From NCBI RefSeq assembly GCF_964204645.1, contig NC_134029.1, forward strand, positions 23,058,950 through 23,122,949: a stretch of 64,000 nucleotides of DNA, in the 5' to 3' direction. The translations under genes were made by a program, and so were the position numbers. Shown here piece by piece: positions 44,963 to 57,066 of the stretch. The notes under the pieces are model-generated. The model saw only the letters and a program-made list of their open reading frames with translations, was not told the origin of the DNA and ran no database searches. Origin of the DNA: Tubulanus polymorphus. Its lineage: Eukaryota > Animalia > Nemertea. Numbering within the stretch: the stretch's first letter is position 1; each line of letters begins with the position of its first letter.

Positions 44963-45543
44963 CTTATTTCTCGAGTACCGTGGCACTCTCTCAACTTGCT
45001 TGAAATCTAGTCTGAAAAGGTGAAATCTATTGATTATCAGACATTGACAAGTCACCACGTCCATGACACGAGCCAACACAGTCACAAGATCAGAAAGGCA
45101 TTATATGACGGATTACTAAAATTTCAGAATTGTCTTCTTGATTTGAATTCATGCAGTCGCAGAACTTTTTTACTTTTAGTTTAGGCGAGAATAAGCCTAA
45201 TAGCTCATCTTCCTGTAAATTTGCTTGTCATCTTGTTAAAAATTGGTTGGTCTATTTACTCACCTTACTTTAAATCAACTATTCACAATCGATTCTTAGA
45301 TATGGCCAAAAGATGTCACAAAAAAGCTGAAATAATTGTGAACTGTCAAACTCATTCCGCCATTTTGTTGTCAGTATCAACAACACTCGTTCAGAAGCCG
45401 CCAGAACCGATTTCTAGATAGTGGGTAGCTCCGAGAGGAGGGCAGCACCATACGGTCACCTAGCGGAATTTCATTAAACTGACCCGTAGTAAATAAGCGT
45501 AAGGCACTAGAGTCAGAGACCACAGTGTTTTCTTTCTGCCGCA

Positions 45544-46609
45544 ATGGATTCAATTCGTTCATTTCGAGGACCCAATGAAAGGATTGGTGTCGTGCCGTAT
45601 GATTTAATTATTGGTGCGATGGGTTTTGGAGCTGTGTCACTGATGAATGTAATCGCTAGAAAACCTGTTTACACCGGTTAGTGCAACAAGACTGTAGACT
45701 AGTCTGTGCATACTTCATTCATATAATTCATGGTCATGGATGTCATATTCATAGGGTTACCCATTCACAGCGGGGCCTGGTTCCAAGAAAATAGCTCTAC
45801 CTCCTGACCTGACAGTAGTGTGTGATATCAAACCCCTAACCTCTAGCTCTGCAATTAAATCTAATAAAATGGTTTTACGGTTAGAAAGAATAGATATTAA
45901 AATGTTCATTTTTGGTTTGCCAATTTGCTGGTATTCAGACCACACTCGACCTAACCCATAACCTAGCTGTAAAATGGACCCTAACCCTGTCAAAACCTTA
46001 ACCCTAAATCTGCTACAATGATTTATTGTTAGAATAGAGATTAAAACGTTCTTGCCAATAAATTTCAGCCTTCTACAAACACATACTAGCGACAGGAGTT
46101 GGATATGGAATCGGGACAGTAATGAATAACCAGGTCGATCGGTGGGCTAAAGAAAAAGAGCTAGTCATTTTAGATTACATTAGCAAGCACCCTGAAGATT
46201 TTGAAGAGCCACGTAAGTTCAGCTCAAGATTAGGCCAGTAGTACTTAGCGGTTGAGTCGGCTGGATAAATATTGGGTGGACCAGCCTAAGGTTTATTCCC
46301 CAGCCTGCTACAATGCATAAGGTTGATTTCGGAGATCTAGTGGAAGACCAAGCATGCTACTTATAAAGTCTCCTAGTGCCAGACCGGCAACAGGCCCAGT
46401 AGGGCCTCAAACGCTGAACATAGTCAAGTCAAGTTGTTCACTTACAGCAGGCGTAGGTGAACCTGTATCAACTAAAACTAGCTCAAGATAAGCAGATACT
46501 AATGATTTGGATTATTTTGTTGGTTTGAATAACATTTATATGTCTTCATTTTCTTGTAGCCCCGAAGAAATACAAGGATGTTTTTGACACCTGGCACCCA
46601 ATTCGATAA
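45544..46609 (+). CDS. NDUFC2: NADH dehydrogenase 1 subunit C2, 3 exons, 108 aa
   Basis: Exons 45544-45676, 46069-46212, 46560-46609: ..RKPVYTAFYKHIL..LDYISKHPEDFEEPPPKKYKDVFDTWHPIR*; AATAAA at 46652. Confidence 0.92.
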
Positions 46610-47020
46610 TTCATTAAAAGTGGTTTGATGATTATTTGTTTTTCGTAATTAAATAAAAACTAGTGAGAATAGATTTCTATGAACGAATGAAACAACTGTT
46701 TAGTTCTGATAGCAGAAAACATTTCCTTGTAAAATATGTTGCTTTTTGATTATTTAGACTCGAGTATAAATATATGAATGAGGTATTGTTATAGAAATAT
46801 TGAGTTATCTAATTTTTTGGATTGTCGTGAAGTATCTTTTCGTTTGAATGTGCACAATTTTTCCCGTCAATAATTTCTCATTTTCGGTGACTAATTGAAT
46901 CAAGTTTATATCCAGGCGGGGCCAGTTCAGTTAATTTTGATACTTGTCCGTCAGAATATGTCCGGGTCCAAACTAAAAACCGTCGACCGGAGATTAGGGA
47001 AAACGGGTGATGCGGTATCC

Positions 47021-47083
47021 TAGACTGGTTGCCTGTCCCATGCAATATCATCTAATTGAAGATAGAGACCGGTAACCAGTCTA
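47021..47083. mobile_element. Tiny MITE TAGACTGGTT...AACCAGTCTA; second copy at 49101-49155
   Basis: Two near-identical copies with 10-bp TIRs. Confidence 0.75.
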
Positions 47084-48619
47084 CATAATATTTGGACGCT
47101 AACACGGAAGCGCTCCGGGTTTGAGCTTCTTGTCAATACTAACCTTTTCCTTCCACTTGTAATTCTCACACGCTAGACATTTTTTTCGGCAAATAAAGAT
47201 TTTTATCAGTTCAAAGCCGTGAACGCATTCGCTTCCATGTGGACACGAAGCATGACTGACAAGTAGGTGCAATGGACAATTCTACTATGGAAGACGGCAT
47301 GCCAGTTGCTAGTTGCCATTTGCTAGTTGGGCTTGTTGCCAATTGCTAGTTGTCAAATGCCACTTGCTAGTTGAAGATTTTTTTAATCCGTTCACGCTAG
47401 CGCCACCTCAATATATGTTTCCTTAGAGATATTTACCATAAGGCAAATCTATCACGTCAAATTAAATTTGATTTTAAGTAAAATCGTATAATTTATAAGT
47501 TTGCAAAATTTCAGTTTTCTTGTAAAAATAATGTTAATGAAATGAAATCAATGATTGATTATTTGAGAGAGTGAATTTGTTTTTGTGTCCAGTTTTAATG
47601 TTTATATGTTGGAGATATGTTATGCAGTTTTTTTTGTATAAACAGAATATCTTAAATCTCTCTTACATTGTCATTTGAAGAGTTGATATGATTGAATGCT
47701 TCATATTTCATGAAATAACCAAGTGTCACTTATGCCCAGTGACTTCATGAATGTCAAATTAATAGTCTTAGACATTCAGTCTAGTCCTAATTGTTGGTGT
47801 TTTATGGATCAAGGTTTACAATTCCGTGTGTAATTTTGTTATTTTCCTATTGATTCAAATTGTATGAATCAGTTGCAGTTGACATGTTTTTGGTGAATAA
47901 AACCTTGAAATACCTTCCATGATGTAGCATATGTGATATTAAAAGCTAGTAATCTTATATTTTGGATAATCTAAGTCATTAAAAGGCTAATGATAATACC
48001 TTGTTTTTCCTGATCGGTCGGGTCATTCATAAATCAATGAAATTTGTAATCAGTTAATTTCTATCTGCCGCGTCTGTTATGTTTAGCTTGATCATGATTT
48101 TAAATAAAGTAATGTAAGGTCTACGGTAGATATGCGGCCGGCCAGGTAAACGATTCATTAAATCTTACGCTTTCCAGGGTATTCGGCCAGGTTTATCTCT
48201 GGTTTTAGTGCGGGGAGCCATGCACTCTCAGTTTAGGTCCATGGTTGTGTGCTATAGACGTTTCTCTTTTAGAGTCTATGCTTGGACCATGGACGTATAA
48301 ACTCTAGTTTATAGTTTATATGTCCATGGTTGGACTGTTTTTGAAATACAGTCCACGTGTTTGAGGAATTTAAATTATAACTCCTCGAGCATACCTGGCA
48401 TTTCGTATAATTGTTGTATGAGAGTAAATATAATTGTTCGAAACTCTTTGTTTTTTTAGTTAATTAGCTACTCTGAGTGATGAGTGATGCTATGTTCTGC
48501 CGATTCTTAAGATTCACTATGCTTGGATTTGCATAAACTAACACTAACTGACTCTGGCAGTAGACTCTTGGTTGCCAGAGACAATTCACATTAGTGTATG
48601 CAAAATCCGCTAATCCACG

Positions 48620-48875
48620 GTACATCCTCTATTCAGCATCTGAACCACTCTGAATCAGTACCAGTTATTACTGGGTTCGAACCTGGGACAACCCTGTACA
48701 TCCTCTATTCAGCATCAGGACCACTCTGAATCAGTGTCAGTAATTACTAGGTTTCAAACCCGGGACACCCCTGTACTCTATTCAGCAGTTAATCACCCAT
48801 GATCCCGACCTTCCAGTTAATCACCCCATAGCCCGACCCTACCAGTAAATCACCCATAGCCCGACCCTGCCAGTC
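48620..48875. repeat. Tandem ~77-bp duplication followed by ~29-bp repeats
   Basis: gtacatcctctattcagcatc...gggacaaccct x2; ccagttaatcaccccatagcccgacc x3. Confidence 0.7.
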
Positions 48876-48949
48876 GCCCCTGACCTGCAAATTTTGCTCT
48901 CCTAAGCTCAGAATACGTTCATTTGATGAATCTAGTTATGAACAAAATA

Positions 48950-49100
48950 TAAGATGTTGTGCTTCATTGATGTATCGTTTGTTGGATTTAGACGCTGAAA
49001 TCTCCACGAGCTCTTCACTTGAAGTTGAAAGGTAGAGGATTTTTGCCCATCCTCCCCCAGGGAGGGATTCGAACCTGATGGCATCGAGATTGCCACGGTA
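48950..49100 (-). mobile_element. Possible tRNA-derived SINE fragment
   Basis: Pol III B-box GGTTCGAATCCC on the minus strand near 49061-49072; no cloverleaf. Confidence 0.4.
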
Positions 49101-49268
49101 TAGACTGGTTGCCTGTCCCATTCAATATGCAAGATAGAGACCGGTAACCAGTCTAGTGGTATCCTCGAATGACGTCACTGCCGCGAATTACGATTGTCGT
49201 TGCGTAATCACAGCGTAGCGTAATCACAGTTCAGTTGACACTCGCATCTCGATAACACTGGTGGCAGT

Positions 49269-51722
49269 ATGGTTGAAGGGCCAGGCTGTAAATTGAAAGG
49301 TGAAAAAATAAAGACAAAGTTCAATGGGGCAGTCGTGCATTCTGTTACTGGGACTGCTATTGAAAAAACATCGAAAAAGGTACGATATATTTTCCTGGAC
49401 CAAAGTCGGCAAAGTTTCATCTTTTTATTTTTTACGACTTGCTTATATTTTCAACATTTTATTAGGATAAGCCAATACCGTTTAATAAGAACTTCTATGC
49501 TCTTGTTGGACGAATGCTTGAAGATGTCAGGTCTTTAGGAAAAGAACTTTTCATGTTTTTCGGCGATATATGTTTAAGGTAAGGCAGAACGTTTCACAAC
49601 ACTTCATTATACTATTGCTGATTCTAATCAATAAGTTTTTACCCTTTATCGGTCATCCTTATTACCGAGATGGCGTATTTTACCGAGATGAACCGAGATG
49701 AAATTAAATATAACATATTTATTTATTCCTTATCAATTTTTACAATTGAAATCATATTATATCAGTAATAAATGCCTGCTGGATTCATATTTTACATATT
49801 TCGTCGGATGTTTTTGTAGAAAAATTTTTACGCCATCTCGGTAATAAGGATGACCCAGTTTTTATTGGTCAAATCATTTTCGATTCCAGGGTTCATTTTC
49901 TAATGGCTGGAAGTCATTGGGTGAATGGTAAGAAAGGAGACAGCGATCCTAGTAAACCGGCGGAGAAGCCAATACTCGAGATATTGCTTAATAACGATAA
50001 ACTATCATTTCACAAGTCTGCAGTAGAAATAAGGTAAATCCAATCTTATGTGCTTGATCTCTGTGCAGTCATGAACACGAGACAGTACGGTTCTTGATTG
50101 TACGTTTTCTTTATAGAAAGTCTTCCTTGTGTTTTGAACGCTATGAAAACTTGAAGCATCTGGATATCTGCTCCGCGATTTTCAATCATAAAGCGGCTGT
50201 ACAGTTAGTCATGCAACAGAAAGACAGACAAATCTGTGATATATTGTTAGATCAGGATATTTTACCTGGGGTTGGTAATATCATCAAAAATGAGGTCAGT
50301 TGCTCTGGAGATGGTATTTTTATTTTTGTTGGAAATTTTGTAATATCTTTTTTATCATCTACTTTTAGGGATTGTTTGACAGTGGAATCAAACCAGATGA
50401 ACAGGTACTGTAGGAATAAAACTAAATCTTTTTTGGGACTGAACTTCGAAATTCTGATCCGCCAATTATTATTTTATAGGTTGGCAAATTATCCGAAGCG
50501 CATGTTTCCCATCTGATACGCATGACAAGAGATTTTTCAATGCTTTTCTACAAGGTAAAAAATGAATTCTTATTGATTTGAATATGAAAAATAAAATCTA
50601 CAGGTTTAATGAAAGTATAACTATTTTGTATTTAGTGTAGGAAAACTGGTCAAGCTCTGAATAAGTATTATAAAGTCTATAATCAGAAGATTTGTAAGCA
50701 GTGTCAAAGTAAGATCGTTATTACGAGAATGGGTGACGATAATGATCGAATGACATACTTTTGTCCGCAATGTCAGAATAATGATCTCAAAGCCAGGTTT
50801 GTAAAGCATAAGGTTCATCAAATACCAGTCAAATTTGGTTGTCTTCATTTGGATGTATGTCATCACATTAACGTCCGAAGAGGCCCAGTCCCTATATTTC
50901 CAATTCAATTTACCAAATGTTAGTCATCATTTGGATATCATCAACATGATGATGCTTTCCGCTATGGCGACTTAAACAAGTTTGACTGTACTACCAAACT
51001 ACTAAATACTCTTCCCTGTAATTTTAAGTTCTCGTAATTATTTTTTTAGGACGCTCCCTAGCAAAAATTCATTGTTAGGCTGGGTCATCAATAGTCAAGA
51101 TGAACATAGCAGTGAGTGGACATGCCTTAAATGTACACTGATAAATCCAGCAACATCGTCTAATTGTCAAGCTTGCAATTCTCTGAAAACGGCTGCCAAT
51201 AAATCGAATACCGGACACGCTATTTCAAAATCAAACATTTTATCATCAAATGATAATCGTAAGAGACTAGTATCCGACGATATTCACCAACCTGATTCAA
51301 AGAGATTGAAACAAAATCCTGCTATACAAACGAGGAACGCGGAAAGCGGAAGCAAGATTCCATGCTGTAAAGGGCACAATGTGAAATGTTCTCTCCTTGA
51401 AGTTCGAAAACAAGGAGATAATTATAGACGCATGTTTTACGCGTGTAAACTACCTAAAGCTAAACAGTGCAACTTTTTCAAGGTATGCTTAATTGTACGA
51501 AGTTTATACAGATTTCGTGTTGTGAATAAGATGTCATTTTGATTTCTATAATTCTCATTCTAGTGGGCCGACGATGAATTTCCTTTATGCGAACATTCGA
51601 AACGATGTGTGATGAGGACAGTATTAAAACAAGGAGCAAATAACGGCAAGAAGTTCTTCGCTTGTAGTTTAAACAAAAATAAACAATGCAAATTCTTTCA
51701 GTGGGCAGAAGGTTATGATTGA
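49269..51722 (+). CDS. NEIL3: Endonuclease VIII-like 3 DNA glycosylase, 9 exons
   Basis: N-terminal MVEGPGC; LGKELF; LLDQDILPGVGNIIKNE (H2TH); Fpg zinc finger; RanBP-type WTCLKCTLIN; two GRF zinc fingers. Confidence 0.96.
49651..49855. mobile_element. MITE with perfect 27-bp TIRs in a NEIL3 intron
   Basis: ggtcatccttattaccgagatggcgta / tacgccatctcggtaataaggatgacc. Confidence 0.85.
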
Positions 51723-51917
51723 TTGAATACATTATTCAGAAGTAATGTGAATTTATTATGCTTCTTATATATTTTGTTCGGAATAAATTAAATTGATTTT
51801 CAAGCAAACATTGCATCGGTTTTGTCCCTTTCTGTAATTGTGTAGAGTTCCACTTAGCAAGATGAGGCCGTACTAAAGGAAAGACACCTTCATAATATTA
51901 ACAAGTATAAAATTAGT

Positions 51918-54900
51918 TTATTGCACTGAAAACTTTTGTATAAATGCATCGGCTTTACTTTCATCACCGACATATACGCCTAACCTGAAGCAGACAATGT
52001 TATTATCCCTGCAACCTACGACTAGGTGTCCGTCGTGAATAACTGGTGATGAAAACAACTGACCTGGACACGATAACTGAGTCATTAAACTACCACCTTG
52101 TAAAGATATAACGTATATAGTGCCTTCTGTTGATGAAATTATAACAGCAGGAACAGCGTGTGAAGAGCATTCGTTCGTATCGCTGCTTAAAATCAATTCA
52201 GCAATACAAGCAGACGAATACACGCTTGAATCTGTTTCGAATTTCCACAGTCTTTTCCCGGTTTTAGAATCGATACAATGAACGCATCGATCGTGAGATC
52301 CAATTACTGTATATTGCTGTTCGTTCCGTCCCGAGTATGAACACGGCGAGGAAAATATCGGTCCATCTGTTTGATAATTCCACAACTTGAAAAAAAATAA
52401 TCATTCAATATAACTGTATGGTGAAATAGGAAGAATTTCGCTTCAAGTAATCGTTTGCAATTTGTCAAATACCTTTTCACCAGAATGGCTGAAACAGTAG
52501 ATGTTTCTATCAACGCATCCAACCATTAAACCATCGGGAGTCGCTATAGGGGAAGAAAATATCGGTTTTCCAACATCCATACTCCAAAGAATGTCACCAT
52601 TTTTCTGAAATATATTATACGGGTAACTTATGAATATTTAATTGATTTGTTGCTGGTGTTAAATGCGTAGGTGAATAATGAGGTAAAACTCACAGGATTC
52701 ACAGCTGTTAACATACCACCTAACGTTCCAACATAAATAGAATAAGGCGTAGTTGAAAGACACGGAGATGAGAAAATACTACCATTTCTGAAATCTGTTT
52801 TCCACACATTTCTGCATTCCTGGAAAATATTATACATACGGTAACATCGATATACAGTCAAAGTGCGTAATAAGTCTATCGCTTGCCTAAATCCAACATT
52901 TTTCAGAAAACCAATTTTCTCAAATTTTATGAAAATACCAATCTTCATAACGCTGCCAATTTTGTAATAACGCCAGGTTTTCCATCAGTCCCAGCAATGG
53001 CGTTATAAAGGACTTTTACTGTGAATACAGAGAACCTTCAGCCATAAATGTGCTTTTTCGATGTGACTTGCAACATTTCTAAATTATCTTTACTTCATCG
53101 GTAAAGATGATACACAAACTATGACATCACATGCAAGTCCTCCATGCAACGTGTTCGTCGAAGAGAGTATCTGATTTTTCTACTTACAAAGATATCTAAA
53201 GCATAAAGACAGTTGTCATGGGACCCTATGTAGAAAAGACCTGTGATTTGGTCAGCTACGGGAGAACTTTTAATCGCATCGCCCGTTTGATATTTCCATT
53301 CAATATCTCCAGTTTCACTGTCCAGAACATAAACACAGCCATCATAACATCCTACAAACAAAAAGAGAAATGTAATGTAAGCTAAATTCGAACATGAAAC
53401 CTATCTATCATTTTTCATCTTACCGATGACAATGAATCTGCCGCACGGAGAAATAGCTGCTGAGGACTCGATGCGATCTCCTAGCGCTGTATTCCACAGT
53501 AGTTCACCCGTATCCATATTAACTGCACAGAATCGACGGGAGTGAGATCCTATGTAAACAACCCTACTGCAACTGAAAATATTTTTGAAACAACGAAAAC
53601 AGTTTTTCCAATTTCAGAATTAGCTGCGAGATCTCCAGATTTTCGAAGCGATTCTTACCATTTTTGAACAATTAAAGGTGAAGCATCGACGCACTTATCT
53701 GTGTTGTATTTCCAGTGTAAACTGTCGATAAGGTGAAGATTTTCTACAGTCCTTTGTTTGACTGCAGATTCACTAGTGATTGTGCCATAAACGCAACCGC
53801 TAGACCTACGACTTGATACATTAAAACTATGAGAATTTCGCTTGAAATGGCATTTAGGACACACATAATCCGTTAATTTCCTTCTTTTGATATCTGTCCG
53901 ATTCTCAACTGATATTTGCCTCTTATCCATAGACCGTTGATCAGAAGATTCCGATGTCACTGTCCAGATAACCTTTCCCAAAATATCTTTATTTTCTGAA
54001 TCTAAACTGTTTATTTCGCTGAAAATCTGTTCGATGTATGTCAAAATGTCAGCAAATGTTTGGTTTAGAATCTTATCGAGCAATAATGGGAATGAATGGA
54101 CAACTTGATGTTGAAATTGTTCCACAAGTTGGACGGCTTGAAGAGATGTTCCTCCTTGAAGAATAAACTGATCGTTCCATGCAGCATTCCGTCCCAGTAG
54201 ATCCTAAAGAGAATCCCAAGATTCTACGGTAGTTTCATTGGAAATTCATCAAGCATCTGTTTTAACGATAAAATTGGAATAGTCCATAACATGAAAAACT
54301 CACCGACCAGATCCCAGAGAAAACCTTTTTAGGATCAGTACAAGACTGAACGTGTCTTCTTTCAGCTGAACGCATCAGCGTATTCTTATCTATCTTTCCT
54401 GAAAAATGAAGTACCTTTTCATAAGAATTTCAGCAACAGCAGACAATTCGAAGTACAGCTTATTATCTAAGATGTATTTACGTTAAATCTCTGATACAAA
54501 CCATGATTTGTGATCGGAATTTCTTGAACAAAATGAACCCGGTCTGGTAGTGCATGAACGGTCAAATGACTAGCGAGTAACTTCATGATACTTTCACAAG
54601 ATTTCACATCTCCAGAAGCCGAGAACATCTTGATGAATAGATGAATCGTACCTTTGTGATGTACGACCACTGCAGTCTGCACACTCGGTAGGTATTTGTA
54701 CAATAACTATAAAAGTAGGAAGGGATACATACCGGTAGTACGGAAATAATTCTCAGCGAAAAATTTATGAAATACTGGTAAGACTGAATTTTTGAAACTC
54801 ACTGATTCGATATGATTCAAGTTTACCCGTTTGCCATTGCGTTTAATAACATCATCACAGCGACCCAAATAAATAACTGAACCTTCAGATAAAATCTTAA

Positions 54901-56632
54901 CTTCATCTCCAGAATCTCTCATTGTACAGGAATCCACTTCATCATTTATGACACAACATCTTTCACCACCTAAATATATATTATTAATTTCCTACACAGA
55001 TACGCTTCAGTGTGGATTTAGATGTTTGACTTAAAGCTCACCAATAAACAATCTTCCTAATCCTTCAGTGATTACTCCTCCTAGTTCATCTCTAACTTCT
55101 AAAACTGTGTTCGACAAAACTTCTCCGAGATATACAGGAGCATCGCTGTTTAACGGAAAATATATTTTGATTTAGGGAATTATGTAAAATAAACGACAGG
55201 AGATGCAATAGAATTTCACAAATGATTTACCTATGAAGGTCTACACGATGACATGTAGCCCAACTCGACACCTCCGTTATGCCGTATATATTGTAAATCA
55301 GAGTCTCGTTTCTCTCATGTTTCATTCGGAGTAGAGTCGATTTTTCCGGACACTGTTCCCCACCAAGAGCCAAAACTTTCAGATTTGAATTACGACCGAG
55401 TATTGAACTTCGAAGTTTGGTCGCATTAAAAGTTGATAGCAACGACGGAGTGACCTAAAACAAATATTCCACGTTATAAGATACATGCCTGGATTTACTC
55501 GAATAAACTCAAAGAGAAGATTTAGAAACCTGTAAATGTGTCACACTTTGTTTTATCAGAACATCCAGTAACTTATCCGGCATAGATTTTAACGCAGTTG
55601 GGACCATGACTAGAGTAGCTCCACTAGACAATGCTAGAAATATCTCCACAACACTTGGATCAAACGTCATTGGCGCAGCATTGAATATTCGACAGTCATT
55701 TTTCACCTTAAAAATTCTCCTGTAAAAATACCAAAAATACTTAAAAAATCAGTTTTCCAAACGTTTACAAATGTATGAATATGCAAAGTATGTGTATAGC
55801 AAATATATACCTGAAATCCAGAATGTTTGGCACAATGCAGCTGTGCGGTACTCGGACAATTTTTGGCTCACCAGTCGTACCAGATGTTGTGATTGCATAA
55901 GCTATATTCTGGTTCCTATTCTTGGTAATTGACGATACACCTGACGTTCCAAACTTCAATAAAACCACACCTAGATGTTTTAAATAGTCGACTTCAATGG
56001 CTGTTGTGTTTGAATTTTGAATCCATGACAGCTGAAATGTACATGATTTATTTCATAAAAATCCTGTATCTTTATTTGAAATTGCCAGAGGGGTAACAGA
56101 CCGCAGCTTACCTCAATACACTCAATGTCAACAACAAGGAATCGGATTTGCAGTCTTTTGATCAAATTCAGTTGATAATCACTAGAATTATTTTTGTCAA
56201 GGAAGATAAAAGCAGCTGGAAGCTTGAGAACCCTATTGAATGTGAAAAGGTACAATTGCAGTATATGTCAGGGCTTCACTGTTTAACACTCATGAGACCA
56301 CAAACACACTCACCCTAAGATAAGTGATACAGCCACAGGTCCAGCATCAGATACAATAAAAGCTACCATTTCGTGGTCTCTTATTTCTAGACAAAGGGCA
56401 TCTTTGATCTGTAAATAAAAGAATACATATTGGTAGCCTAAGCGTAGTTTGATGACAAAAGTAGGGTAATTAGCGGGACAATGCTTACACTTTGAGCATT
56501 TTGTAGAAGTTGACTATAAGTCATACAACATTGAGAAACACCATTTGTATACGTGATGGCAAGATTTTCCTGAAACTCAGTGGACACGCAATCATCAAGG
56601 CGTCTGTCCGCACTAATCTGAATCATATTCAT
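51918..56632 (-). CDS. AASDH: Beta-alanine-activating enzyme (NRPS-like: adenylation, carrier and PQQ-propeller domains)
   Basis: YAITTSGTTGEPK, FDPSVVE, YGITEVS, GRCDDVIKRNGKR, carrier GGTSL, KCVDASP and repeated FSSP PQQ repeats. Confidence 0.94.
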
Positions 56633-57066
56633 TTCACTTCGGACAGGCTTCCCCTGAAAGAGATGTAATTATACAAACAATGGATTTATTTTCAATTGCT
56701 CATTAACACACACAATTCAAAATGTGAAATATTCAAACCAGTACCCGCTGTAATATATTTGATTTGATTTGCGTTGAAAACACCGATCTCGACACCGGGT
56801 CCCGTTTTCTCAGTGAATACTTCACTTTACTCGATACAAAATGAAACAGAAACAATACAATTGATTACATTCTTCATATACATATTTAGGTGAGATGAAG
56901 AGCGATACTTTAAAGTGTATTTAGCCAGCTAGAAGGACAGTGTCCTACTGGAAAGAAGTTTTCAGCGGTTTGTTGCGGTAAATAGTGCACCAATTTCTGA
57001 TACAGCCGCGACGCATCAATTTTGTGATATTTTTATGAGCACTTAATATGTAAAATATGCATTAAA

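Noticed and set aside
45830-46010. Telomere-like CCCTAA words in NDUFC2 intron 1
   Set aside because: Scattered and degenerate, typical of a transposon remnant rather than an interstitial telomere array
48660-49100. tRNA genes suggested by GGTTCGAA motifs
   Set aside because: No acceptor or anticodon stems; better explained as SINE-derived or repeat sequence
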